From positions 186,001 to 250,000 of the IMG/VR virus record IMGVR_UViG_3300046616_000314: 64,000 bases of DNA. One strand, given 5' to 3'. Positions 47,306 to 57,464 of the stretch are shown here, one piece after another. Made by a program: the position numbers and the translations under genes. The first letter of the stretch is position 1; every line of letters starts with the position of its first letter. The notes beneath the pieces were generated by a model. The model made no database searches. It worked only from the letters and a program-made list of their open reading frames with translations, and was not told where the DNA came from.

Positions 47306-49491
47306 AACTTTTTGCTGAAGACCGCGTAATTGATCGGGTTGGAACCCAAAAGGAAACGGCTTATACGATTAAGCCGACCGGAAAGGCTTTCCGAATCCTG
47401 TCCAGCGGTCTCTACAAAGAGAAGATTCACGCCATCGTTCGTGAGTTGTCGTGTAACGCCTATGACGCCCACATTGATGCGGGTAAGCTAGACGTTCCGT
47501 TTGATATCCATCTACCCAACGCAATCGAGCCCTGGTTCACCGTGCGCGACAAGGGTAAGGGTTTGTCCCCTGAAGGGATGGAAACGACTTACACGCGCTA
47601 TTTCGAGAGCACCAAGACCGACAGTGACGATTTCATCGGCGCCCTTGGTCTGGGTTCGAAGTCGCCTCTGAGCTATACCGATTCCTTCGACGTGGCTTCC
47701 TTCTTTGAAGGAATCAAGTCGATGTACACGGTCAGCATGGACGAAGACGGTACTCCGACACTTACCCACCGAAGCGACGAGCCTTCCGATGAGCCCTCTG
47801 GCTTGGAAGTCAAGATTCCGGTTGGTAGCAGCTATGACTTCCGCGAATTCCGCGAAAAGGCAGAACGTGTGTTCCGCTATTTCCCGGTCAAGCCGAATAT
47901 CGTTGGTTCCCCTGATTATACCATCGAAGATCGCACCCCTGTTCTAGAGGGTGACGGTTGGAAGGTGTATCCCAGCGGTCCTAACTTTGCGATCATGGGC
48001 GTTGTCGCCTATCCTCTGTCGCTGCGTTCGGTGAGCCAAGCGGGAGCGGATGACACGGTTCGTCCGTTTGAAAATCTGTCCATCGAAATTGATTTTCCGA
48101 TTGGTTCGCTGGATATCACGGCTGGTCGCGAGGAACTGTCTTTCGACAAGCGCACCATCGCCAACATGACTGCGCGCCTGGGGAATATCCGACGCGAAAT
48201 CATTCGAAAAATTCTTTTGGATTTTTCAAAGTGTGAAACCGAAGTCGAAGTTCGTAAGCTCTACGGTTCGACCTTGGGTTCGAATTCGGCTCTCGCCCGC
48301 TTCATGCCTTCGGGTAAAGTGCCGTGGAAGGGTCGTATGATCGACTCTGCGCACATGAAGTTCAAGCCGTCCGACTATAAGGGCGCCGAAATTACTATGT
48401 ACTCCACCGGTTATGGTCGGAGCCATAAGGCGACGGTTACGCGCGACATCTTCACGGCGATGGCGGACACGTCGTCACTGAGCATCCCTCTTTCGGGCGT
48501 GACATTTGTTGAAGATGATGGCGTCAAGACCCATCGTCTCGCGCGTTGCCGCAAATATGTTCTTGATGCAAAAAGCAGCCAAGAACGTCTGGTTGTTTTG
48601 GGCGGCGATCCCGAGACCGAAGGCTACAAGAAAATGATGGAACGCTTTACCGGCGTTACCATGCGTAAGCTCTCGGAATTGGAAAAGCCGGATGCTCCGG
48701 TGCGTTCCAAGATCACGCCTAAGCAACTCACCAATTCTCAATACGAGACCGCGCAATATCGTGCCTACAACTGGCAGGGTGTTGAAATTGAAGACATGGA
48801 TGAGGGTTACTATTTCGTGACTAACGCCAGCCGCGTTGTTGTGAAAGATGCAGCCGGTGTTGACCAGTTCATCAACACCGATACCATGTGGTCGATGTAT
48901 CGGAACGCAATCCAAGCGGGACTTTTCAATAACGATCCCAAGGCGCAAATCACTCTCTATACCGTGCCTACGAGTGTCGCGAAGGTCATCAAGGCTGATG
49001 CTCGTTTTGTGGATTTCTTCACCCACATTCGGGAACGTTGTGCGGAAATGATGGCGGGTGAGGTTGGTCAATCGATCACGCAACGCGAAATGCACAACAC
49101 CGTTGAACGGAAGTACGACATCAATAGCGGTCCTCTGGAACATTTGATGTCAGCGTTGACTTCGATGTTGCCCACGGATCACACCATCGTTAAGCTGATG
49201 GATGAAAAGAAAAAGCATCGCAGCCTGACGCCGATGCAAATTTCTCTGAGCAATCTGGCGATAAGTCTTGGTATTCAAGCGGCTGAAGCTATCGAGCCGC
49301 CGACCGAAGAACTGTGGCTAAACATCGAACAACGATATCCGTTGATGAAACAACTTCCCGAGACTTGGTATCGTCATTCCAAAGGATCGTTGCTGTCTAA
49401 CGTGGTCGAATATTTCCGAGCCATGGATGCCATCAACGCGGGTCCTCAACGTCCCAAGATCGTCGTTGAAGAAGAAAACTCGCCCCTCTAA
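47302..49491 (+). CDS. rIIA: rIIA-like protein (GHKL ATPase)
   Basis: AFRILSSGLY..RELSCNAYDAH, DKGKGLS, GALGLGSKSP. Confidence 0.9.
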   Translation: MKLFAEDRVIDRVGTQKETAYTIKPTGKAFRILSSGLYKEKIHAIVRELSCNAYDAHIDAGKLDVPFDIHLPNAIEPWFTVRDKGKGLSPEGMETTYTRYFESTKTDSDDFIGALGLGSKSPLSYTDSFDVASFFEGIKSMYTVSMDEDGTPTLTHRSDEPSDEPSGLEVKIPVGSSYDFREFREKAERVFRYFPVKPNIVGSPDYTIEDRTPVLEGDGWKVYPSGPNFAIMGVVAYPLSLRSVSQAGADDTVRPFENLSIEIDFPIGSLDITAGREELSFDKRTIANMTARLGNIRREIIRKILLDFSKCETEVEVRKLYGSTLGSNSALARFMPSGKVPWKGRMIDSAHMKFKPSDYKGAEITMYSTGYGRSHKATVTRDIFTAMADTSSLSIPLSGVTFVEDDGVKTHRLARCRKYVLDAKSSQERLVVLGGDPETEGYKKMMERFTGVTMRKLSELEKPDAPVRSKITPKQLTNSQYETAQYRAYNWQGVEIEDMDEGYYFVTNASRVVVKDAAGVDQFINTDTMWSMYRNAIQAGLFNNDPKAQITLYTVPTSVAKVIKADARFVDFFTHIRERCAEMMAGEVGQSITQREMHNTVERKYDINSGPLEHLMSALTSMLPTDHTIVKLMDEKKKHRSLTPMQISLSNLAISLGIQAAEAIEPPTEELWLNIEQRYPLMKQLPETWYRHSKGSLLSNVVEYFRAMDAINAGPQRPKIVVEEENSPL

Positions 49492-49585
49492 CACGAAAAT
49501 TATTGCTGATCCTGCCATATTTTGGTAGGATCAGTTTAAGATATTTTATTAACCATATCTGCTAACCATATTTTTGGAATTTTAG

Positions 49586-50713
49586 ATGTCCGCCCCATTT
49601 TCTGGAATCGTGACACCAACAACGGTGTCGTTTACATCGCGTGATGGTAAGTCCAACGTCATTGCGGTTGGACATCCCAATTTCGATAAGATTTGTGAAA
49701 AATTTAAAGAATATTCGCAAGCCTCGAAAGCCGCTGCTGATCCGGTTGCGCTAGACGCGATTCGAGACGAGCTTGACGCTCTCACTGATTTGGCGAAGCC
49801 CATCGCTGACCTAGCAGATGGTTCGGTTGAAATCCGTTCGGGTGTTATCTATTACGAAGATGAAGCTATCCATAATGCGATCACCGAACGCATTATTTGG
49901 GGACTTCGGGAAGGCTACGACATGCAGTCGTATATCCGCTTCCTGAACAACATTATGGAAAATCCGTCCAAGCGCGCTGTCGATGAAACCTATAAGTTCA
50001 TCGAACGAAACAATATGGGCATTACCGAAGACGGTATGATCCTGGCGTACAAGCGCGTCCGTGATGACTTCAAGGACATTTGGTCGGGTAAGTTTGACAA
50101 CACCCCTGGCAACGTTGTGCAAATGAAGCGCAATCAGGTTGACGACAACAAAGAAAAGACTTGCTCAACAGGTCTGCATTTCTGTTCGATGCCTTATCTA
50201 CCGTACTACGGTACCGGTCCTGGCAACACGATTGTTCTCGTGGAAGTCCATCCGAAGAACGTTGTTTCGGTCCCGGTTGACTATCATTTCGCCAAGGCAC
50301 GCTGTTGCGAATATAAGGTTATTGCCGAGTACAAGGGCTCTGACAAAGACGATTTCCTGGCGACCCGCCCGGTTTGGAACGTCGATGAATTGACTCCTTC
50401 TGACGATGACGACGATGATTGGTCTTCGTCTTCTTCGGAATATGAAGATTTTGAAGATGAAGCGGTCGCCCCCTCGATCACCACGGTTGATGGTTCGGTT
50501 GTCGTAACCGTTCCGGTTGACGATGCCGAATGGTCCTCTTCGTCTTCATCGGATGAATACGGCTTCGAAGAGTCGGATGGTGAAACCGTCGTGGAACCTG
50601 CTGCAAAGGTCCCGCCGGAAGAACTGGCTGAACTGGCTGAAATTGCCAAGCTGTATATGTATGACGCCACCACGGGACAATACATTCCCCACAACGAGAA
50701 TGATCCCAAGTGA
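49586..50713 (+). CDS. rIIB: rIIB-like protein
   Basis: ENPS, ITEDG..AYK, CSTGLH, VVSVP.DY..K.RCCEY. Confidence 0.9.
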   Translation: MSAPFSGIVTPTTVSFTSRDGKSNVIAVGHPNFDKICEKFKEYSQASKAAADPVALDAIRDELDALTDLAKPIADLADGSVEIRSGVIYYEDEAIHNAITERIIWGLREGYDMQSYIRFLNNIMENPSKRAVDETYKFIERNNMGITEDGMILAYKRVRDDFKDIWSGKFDNTPGNVVQMKRNQVDDNKEKTCSTGLHFCSMPYLPYYGTGPGNTIVLVEVHPKNVVSVPVDYHFAKARCCEYKVIAEYKGSDKDDFLATRPVWNVDELTPSDDDDDDWSSSSSEYEDFEDEAVAPSITTVDGSVVVTVPVDDAEWSSSSSSDEYGFEESDGETVVEPAAKVPPEELAELAEIAKLYMYDATTGQYIPHNENDPK

Positions 50714-50997
50714 ATATCGCACGTCAATCCGAGCTTCTAGGATTACTTCAGGAAGAATGCGCCGAGACCGTTCAAGTCGCCTCTAAGATTGGGCGTTTCG
50801 GAATGGAAAGTTGCCATCCAAATGATTTGACTGTGAATAACCGTCAAATGCTTGAGCAAGAAATTGCTGACATTCAGGCAATCATCTATCTGCTGATTGA
50901 CGAAGGATTTATTTCCTCGAACAACATTCAAGCAGGCTTCGTCAAGAAAATGGAAAAGTTGCGTGCATATGGAATCGTCACGGGCGACGAAGAATAA
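50710..50997 (+). CDS. MazG-like protein
   Basis: LQEECAE.VQ..SK..RFG..EIAD. Confidence 0.75.
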   Translation: MNIARQSELLGLLQEECAETVQVASKIGRFGMESCHPNDLTVNNRQMLEQEIADIQAIIYLLIDEGFISSNNIQAGFVKKMEKLRAYGIVTGDEE

Positions 50998-51300
50998 TAC
51001 GGCTGTAATCCAGCACGACAACACCATGTCTCGAATGATGGCATATATTCGAGACGCTAAACAAATTGTACGAATAGCCGGTGACGAACTTCACATTCGA
51101 TCCATTCTCGGCAAAGAGTTTCGTGTGTTAGTTATGCACAATCCGACTGTGTATGTAATGAACACAGATGATTGGAAGATGGTTCTTTCCCAAGGCGATA
51201 TTATCAATCGAGCTACATGGTTTTGGTTGATTGAAGGCGATATCGATATTTGGACTACCGATATCGCCACCTTCAAACTCTTGAATAGAACTGATGCGGG

Positions 51301-52452
51301 TTAGAATTTCCGCATCAGTTCTTCTTTTGTCATGGCGTAGTTGGTCTTAGCCCAAGCGTCCTTCATCGTCTTCAGACGCACACCCATTTCCTTGCCCTGT
51401 TTCATGGGCTTAACCGGGTCCGACATCAGGTCTTTACCCGTGACCGGAAACACCGGAACATCCCAGTTACGCAGATAGCCGACATAACCATGGTTGCCCC
51501 AATCGACGGTAGCCAGATCAACGACCCAATCCTTGCTGAAGCCATCCCGAGCCATCAGAGCATGATAGTTCGTGAAATGACCGTTCATGTGATTGGCGAT
51601 GAACACCGCGCGATCACGATCAGCCGCGCTCCACTTCCAATCAGCCGCGATCTTAGCGACAGCTTCCGCGTCGTTCAGATATGCAACGACCAGAACAACC
51701 GGGTCCTTGGAAGCATCATAAGCCTTACGCAGGTTGTGCATGTCGCCCGTAGGCAGATCGATATACTCCGCGACGTTCAGACTGATGATAGCCTCGATCA
51801 TTTCGGGACCAGCTTTGCCCGCGATGATCTTCGCCATTTCCATCCACACGCGCTCGCGCGAGATACCCACCAGACCTGGGGCATTGCGGGCGACCGCTTC
51901 GCGCGTGTCGCTGTCCATGGGACCAGCTTCCGCAATCCGAGCATGGAAGCGGAAGAAACGCAGGATGCGCAGATAGTCTTCGGTCAGCCGTTCGTCAGGA
52001 TTGCCGACGAAACGAACCACCTTATTCTTCAGGTCTTGGGCGCCATTGTACGGGTCGATCAGTTCGCCGTCGAACGTAATCGACATAGCGTTGATGGTCA
52101 GGTCCCGGCGGCTCAAATCCTCTAGCCAATCGCGCGTATAAGCCACCGTGGCATGACGACCATCGTGGTTGCTTTCGGTACGCAGGCTAGTGATTTCATA
52201 GATGCCGCTTTCCAGACCAACGGAAATCGTACCGTGGTCCAGACCCGTTTCGTAATAGCGAATGCCGTATTTCTTGTAGATGGCGATTTGCTTATCGGGA
52301 TCGGCATTCGTAGCCAGATCGATATCTTTGAACTGAACCTTCGCCATGATATCGCGAGGGAAACCACCCACGAAACGCAGATCATCGCCCTCGGCAACGA
52401 ACAGGTCGCGCAGGTTCATCAGATCAGCGGGGATGATTTCATGAAGATTCAT
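51301..52452 (-). CDS. cca: CCA-adding tRNA nucleotidyltransferase
   Basis: VGGFPRD, DIDLAT, RRDLTINAM, EDYLRILRFFRF, ISRER. Confidence 0.9.
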   Translation of the reverse strand: MNLHEIIPADLMNLRDLFVAEGDDLRFVGGFPRDIMAKVQFKDIDLATNADPDKQIAIYKKYGIRYYETGLDHGTISVGLESGIYEITSLRTESNHDGRHATVAYTRDWLEDLSRRDLTINAMSITFDGELIDPYNGAQDLKNKVVRFVGNPDERLTEDYLRILRFFRFHARIAEAGPMDSDTREAVARNAPGLVGISRERVWMEMAKIIAGKAGPEMIEAIISLNVAEYIDLPTGDMHNLRKAYDASKDPVVLVVAYLNDAEAVAKIAADWKWSAADRDRAVFIANHMNGHFTNYHALMARDGFSKDWVVDLATVDWGNHGYVGYLRNWDVPVFPVTGKDLMSDPVKPMKQGKEMGVRLKTMKDAWAKTNYAMTKEELMRKF

Positions 52453-52512
52453 AATGCAATCCTTGTTTGATCTTGATACAATACACTATAAAAATAATAT
52501 GTCTAGGGAAAT

Positions 52513-53187
52513 ATGGCAACCTCTAACAATTTTAATAACAATATTAACAACACGCATAGTATTAAACAACTGACGGGTGCTGCACAAGGTCTAGTCGGCG
52601 GCTCATATGTTACTATTGGTTCTGGTGCCGGATATACTATTGGTGGTGCTAGTATCCTGGGTAATGGCGCGGGATATTCGGGAGTTGGTAACTTCTCAAT
52701 CGGCGGCATTCCTTCTCCAAAAATATCAATTGGTGGCGAAGACCTACCACGTGGTGACGCATTTAGTGCATTGAAAACGTTGTATCCTTCCGATTTTGTG
52801 ATGAATGGCGTAGATTCCATGCATCGTCATTTCTGTACGTGGCGTACGTTGAATAAAGAAATTCAAGACTACGGTGTGCTGTACGACAGTGGCAACGGGG
52901 CGATTGTTGTATTCAATAGCGAAGATAGCTTGAAAGATTTCACCCTTTGGATTGAAAATTTCAAAGATACTTTCTTCGAAGGCGACACGACAAAAATGGC
53001 GACGTATCACTATCCCCAAATGCCGGAAGCCAAAACCGTTACCGGAACCACTGTTTCGAATCAGAAATTTGGCTTGGCTGAAGCGTGGGAAAAAATTGTT
53101 AGCCGTTGCAAACATCCGGTGTATATGATGCAAGTCGGATGGTTCTTCACCGATCTAGATGAAGCCGTGCATTTTAGGATGTTGTGA
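52513..53187 (+). CDS. Gly-rich N-terminus plus FKL-like domains
   Basis: GGSYVTIGSGAG..; C-terminus DEAVHFRML. Confidence 0.6.
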   Translation: MATSNNFNNNINNTHSIKQLTGAAQGLVGGSYVTIGSGAGYTIGGASILGNGAGYSGVGNFSIGGIPSPKISIGGEDLPRGDAFSALKTLYPSDFVMNGVDSMHRHFCTWRTLNKEIQDYGVLYDSGNGAIVVFNSEDSLKDFTLWIENFKDTFFEGDTTKMATYHYPQMPEAKTVTGTTVSNQKFGLAEAWEKIVSRCKHPVYMMQVGWFFTDLDEAVHFRML

Positions 53188-53432
53188 TTTCTATATTTTG
53201 GGGAATCCTCTGTTTGATAGTCGCTGTTGTTTTCGCCATCCTGGCGGCAATGGCTTCTATCGTGTTGGTCCGTATCCTTTTGGGTGGTCCGAGAGCGGCT
53301 GTTGAGGCTTATAAGAATGGAGCCAATTTGCGTGATTGGTTCTACGGTCGCCCATTCAAACGACGAATATTTTATGTTGACGAAAAAGAATTTTGGTCGT
53401 AAATTCATCCTCTAGCTTTTAGAGGATTTTTC

Positions 53433-54017
53433 GTGCGAATTTTTGACTCCGTTTATGGCGCGCTGACTATCGACCGCCAAGAGCGTGTGTCGCAACGCGA
53501 AGATATCCAAGGTAAGGCTCGCAAGCCGGAAATTTCCGCCCTGATCGGTCTTCCTGGCGCGGGTAAGAGCACGTGGCGTGCCGAACACCTAAAGACCGTC
53601 GAACGCCCTCTCGTGGTCATCAGCACCGATGATCTGATTGACGATCTGGCGGCGAAGTCGGGTCTCACCTATACCGACGTGTTCTCGCAACTCACCGACG
53701 AAGGTCATAAGGAATTGACCGCGCAAGCCTATCTGGCGACGCGCGAAGCCATTGCTCGTCGTGATGACGTGATAATTGACCGCACGAACATGACCGTTCG
53801 TGGTCGGGCTCGCTTCCTGTCGCTTGCGCCGCGCCATTACGTTCGTCGCGCAATTGTGTTGGTTACGCCGTTTGACGTGCTGTTCGACCGGCTCGAAACT
53901 CGCTATCGTGAGACGGGCAAGCGCATCCCGGCGGGTGTGGTCTACAATATGATGAATACCTACGTCGCTCCGTCGCTGGACGAGTTTGACGTTATTGACT
54001 ACGTTAGGACTGCGTAA
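53433..54017 (+). CDS. P-loop polynucleotide kinase-like protein (AAA_33)
   Basis: GLPGAGKST, ISTDD, IIDRTN. Confidence 0.82.
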   Translation: MRIFDSVYGALTIDRQERVSQREDIQGKARKPEISALIGLPGAGKSTWRAEHLKTVERPLVVISTDDLIDDLAAKSGLTYTDVFSQLTDEGHKELTAQAYLATREAIARRDDVIIDRTNMTVRGRARFLSLAPRHYVRRAIVLVTPFDVLFDRLETRYRETGKRIPAGVVYNMMNTYVAPSLDEFDVIDYVRTA

Positions 54018-54418
54018 TGGCACTCTATCCGATTATCGAATTCGACTATCCGTCTTCGAACGCCCGATACGATCTGCCTTCGGGTAATTTGGGCGTCATC
54101 AAGCTTGATCTCCAAGCGGGTCAAAAAATCACGCTCGTCATGGGTATGCTGATTTATGACAACATGAAACTACCGGAAGACTTGGCGTTGCGCGCCTGGA
54201 TCAGTAAAACGCAAGCGGGTTCGCCGTTTGTTGAACAACATTCGCTGACCTTTTGGCAACTATCCACTTTACTTCGTGACGTTGTTGTGCTACATGCTGA
54301 TGATGTCACAGTGACCGATGATCGGGCGATGTCTGCGGAACCCGGAATTTATTGGTTGAATATCTTGAATATGGTGAACGCGACGAACACGTTTACTGTA
54401 AACCTTATTGTAGAATAA
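54017..54418 (+). CDS. Hypothetical protein
   Basis: TAATG-coupled. Confidence 0.6.
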   Translation: MALYPIIEFDYPSSNARYDLPSGNLGVIKLDLQAGQKITLVMGMLIYDNMKLPEDLALRAWISKTQAGSPFVEQHSLTFWQLSTLLRDVVVLHADDVTVTDDRAMSAEPGIYWLNILNMVNATNTFTVNLIVE

Positions 54419-54428
54419 CGGAGACGCC

Positions 54429-55898
54429 ATGCGCTACGCTTACGTTCAAAACGATGTTGCGATTATCGGCGCCGCCGACTCGTTGGTCGAATTCGACGCC
54501 TTTCAGGCAGAGCTTTCGAACGCGAATGTCGCGTACAAGGAACCGTCCTTCAAGGACATGCTGACCGATCCGCTCTATTCGAGCCTGACGCGCCCGCCGC
54601 TCTTGGTCATTCATGCCACTGCCGAAGACCGTGCCGAATTCTTCAGCAAGTACGATATCTCGGAAGTCAAGAAGAACGCGCTGATCAACAAGCACGGTGA
54701 CATGCTCGCCGAAGTTCAAGAAAACCCCTATGCCGCCGATTCTTCGACGGGCGGCAAGTCGATCTTCGATCTGCACAACCTGGGTACCAACGACCGTTGG
54801 GACAAGCGTACGGAAGCCGAGAAGGAAGCCGACGCCGAAATGAAGAAGCGTTACGACGAAGCCGCCAAGAAGGGCGAGCTTTCGGGCGGCGACAGCTTCA
54901 AGGGCGCCACGGCTGGCAACTCCAACCCGGCGGCTCCCAAGAAGGGTGGAGCCCAAATCACGGACATTCGTACGACCGTCAACGCTGATGGCAGCGTGAC
55001 CATTGACAACATCCTGGGCGTCAAGGGTCTGTACGACAAGGAAGTCCTGTCGCGTTCGGACGCTATCGCCAAGCTGTCGGCTGTCGAAGGTGAAACCCGC
55101 GATCTGACGGCTCTGAGCAATGACGAACTGGGCGAAGCTCTGAAGACGGCTGAATTGGTCAAGGAAAACGACTTCGAAGGCGTCTTTGCCGACGAAGACC
55201 CGCGTTTCGTGCCGGAACCGGTGGACCCTGACAGCGAAGAATACGAAATCGACGCTGCTGGCATGATCGCGATCTATCACAAGGTCGATGTCATCGGTGA
55301 CAAGCTGGACAAGGTTCGCACCGTCCTGCTGATCGGTGATATCACCCTGGACGACGAAGCGACCGTGGCTCGCAACTGCCCGCACGGCTCGTGGTTCGCC
55401 ACGCCGCGCCAACTGCGCGCCGAAGAAATGGCGAAGGTTCTGACGGATGCCGGTCTGATGGTGAAGGTTTACGCCGTCAACGATAAGGGCGAACGTCTGG
55501 CGCCGGAAGGTGTGCAAGTCATCACCGAAGAAGCCGAAGCCGATGGTCCGCGACCCTGGAACAGCCGTTCCAAGGAACTGACCAAGATGTCGAAGGAAGA
55601 ACTTGAAGAAGTTCTGAAGTCGTACGACCCGGCTGAATTCATCTATACCGGCAAGTATCGCGGTGCCCAAGACGGTACCATCGTCTACATCGCTCCGCGA
55701 AGCTACTTCGAAAAGAATGATGAACTGTACCCGTTCCCTCTGGGTATCAATCACATTCTTCCGGCTGACCTGAAGGAAGTTGAGCCGGGCGTGTACGTGT
55801 CGATGAGCCGCAACTTCACGAACATCCAGTTCGAACTTGCCCAAAAGGGCATGAAGGAAAGCATGTATCTTCGGTTGTTGATCAACAACAGCCGATGA
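54429..55898 (+). CDS. Large acidic hypothetical protein
   Basis: GGAG SD; strong codon bias. Confidence 0.8.
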   Translation: MRYAYVQNDVAIIGAADSLVEFDAFQAELSNANVAYKEPSFKDMLTDPLYSSLTRPPLLVIHATAEDRAEFFSKYDISEVKKNALINKHGDMLAEVQENPYAADSSTGGKSIFDLHNLGTNDRWDKRTEAEKEADAEMKKRYDEAAKKGELSGGDSFKGATAGNSNPAAPKKGGAQITDIRTTVNADGSVTIDNILGVKGLYDKEVLSRSDAIAKLSAVEGETRDLTALSNDELGEALKTAELVKENDFEGVFADEDPRFVPEPVDPDSEEYEIDAAGMIAIYHKVDVIGDKLDKVRTVLLIGDITLDDEATVARNCPHGSWFATPRQLRAEEMAKVLTDAGLMVKVYAVNDKGERLAPEGVQVITEEAEADGPRPWNSRSKELTKMSKEELEEVLKSYDPAEFIYTGKYRGAQDGTIVYIAPRSYFEKNDELYPFPLGINHILPADLKEVEPGVYVSMSRNFTNIQFELAQKGMKESMYLRLLINNSR

Positions 55899-56278
55899 GC
55901 CTATTCCACCACGCAACATTGTTGCGGATTGCTCGCGGCGTTGATTTTAGGATTTCTGAAATCAACGCCGGGGCGAAAAGCTACTCGGCGAATGCCGCGT
56001 TCCGATCCGAGACGATGTTGACGTATCGATCAGTGGTTGATTGCTATCCAACCCTGGTCGCTGATTTGGAAAAGAATACCCAGCTTCGGGTGTCTCTGAT
56101 CGAATATCTTACAGCGTTGTGTAAGCTGGATCGGCTCGCGTACAACAAACGCCCGAACAAAACATCGATAGAAGATTTGCGAACTGAGTGCGAAACTTTG
56201 TTCGAAAATTTTGAAGTCATTCGCAAGCTCTCGGGCGGTTGTGATGACATGCAAATCTCGCCGAACGTCGTTCGTTAA
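55895..56278 (+). CDS. Hypothetical protein
   Basis: ATGA-coupled. Confidence 0.6.
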   Translation: MSLFHHATLLRIARGVDFRISEINAGAKSYSANAAFRSETMLTYRSVVDCYPTLVADLEKNTQLRVSLIEYLTALCKLDRLAYNKRPNKTSIEDLRTECETLFENFEVIRKLSGGCDDMQISPNVVR

Positions 56279-56403
56279 AGTGATATTTAATGTCGGATAT
56301 CCGACAATAAGTAGAATCAGGACCCACCCTTTGTAAAACCCGAATCGATTTATTGATTCGGGTTTTATATTGCACCAGTACCAAAATTTAAATAGTATCA
56401 GGT

Positions 56404-56922
56404 ATGCAGCTTTCATCGCGGTTTTCGACTAGCAAGCACGGGATTCACGTCATCGGTGACGTGATGGTGCTGAACGGCGAATACGACCCCGATCAGCTTT
56501 GGCTTCCTTTTATGGATCGCGTGATAGTCAATGCCGCGCCGCCGGTTCAAGAAAAGCCGGTAGTCCATCGTAAACCGAAGATAACAACGTTCGCATCGGT
56601 CCCCGTCCATTGCCAAGTTCCGTACGTCTACGATCCCGAAATCTGGCAAGAAATTTTACCGTTCGCAGAATTTAGACACGTAACGAATGCCCAACTCGAT
56701 GTTTTGGAGAAGGCACGGTTCCCGACCTGGGAACGCGAGACAAACGGTTGTCTTGCGCAATATGATTTCAAAAACAAACGCATTCACACCAACGAAGTGA
56801 TCGAATGGTGTAAAAAATCGTGTGGATATCGTTTCCACATTCGATCTTCTTCGCAGTACGCGAAGATTATAACTTTTCAACGAGTAGCCGATCTAGTGCT
56901 TGCTAAATTGAAGTTTGGATAA
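56404..56922 (+). CDS. Protein with FKL-like C-terminal domain
   Basis: EWCKKSC..F..ADLVLAKLKFG. Confidence 0.65.
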   Translation: MQLSSRFSTSKHGIHVIGDVMVLNGEYDPDQLWLPFMDRVIVNAAPPVQEKPVVHRKPKITTFASVPVHCQVPYVYDPEIWQEILPFAEFRHVTNAQLDVLEKARFPTWERETNGCLAQYDFKNKRIHTNEVIEWCKKSCGYRFHIRSSSQYAKIITFQRVADLVLAKLKFG

Positions 56923-57443
56923 TGAAAAGAATTACTTTTGATACGATGCTACAGCGGAGCCACGAATCCAGTCGTTCCGGTGGTCCGAAAATGGATTTTC
57001 CAGTTCGTATTAATATTGGAAAGCATAAGGGTAAAACTGGTACCGCCCAAATTAGTTGGTACGGTACCAAAATGTCAGTTATCTTCCCCGGTGATACGGA
57101 AGACTACGATATTCCTTACAAGAACGTCGATTTGTTAGACGAAAATGGTGATGTCGTTGTTGACAAGTTGGTGGATTCAACTAGTCGCGAAATCGTAACG
57201 GGCTCTATCATTTGCTATTCAGCAAACTTCCGAAACTCACATAGTTTGTCGATTGGGCGAGTGGAAGGGATTTCCGACATCGGCACGCTGAAGGTCAAGG
57301 AAATTATTTTGAACGGCGAGAAATCCACCGCTCGAAAATCCAAGCAAATCGGCAATCCAGAGAAATGCATCATCCTCCCGATTTCGGATGAAGACATGGT
57401 GATCTGGCTTCTCAACGGGTTCCAGTTCGACAAAAATAAATGA
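56922..57443 (+). CDS. Hypothetical protein
   Basis: TAATG-coupled; followed by hairpin 57441-57466. Confidence 0.65.
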   Translation: MKRITFDTMLQRSHESSRSGGPKMDFPVRINIGKHKGKTGTAQISWYGTKMSVIFPGDTEDYDIPYKNVDLLDENGDVVVDKLVDSTSREIVTGSIICYSANFRNSHSLSIGRVEGISDIGTLKVKEIILNGEKSTARKSKQIGNPEKCIILPISDEDMVIWLLNGFQFDKNK

Positions 57444-57464
57444 AGGCACACCGTGCCTTCACTT

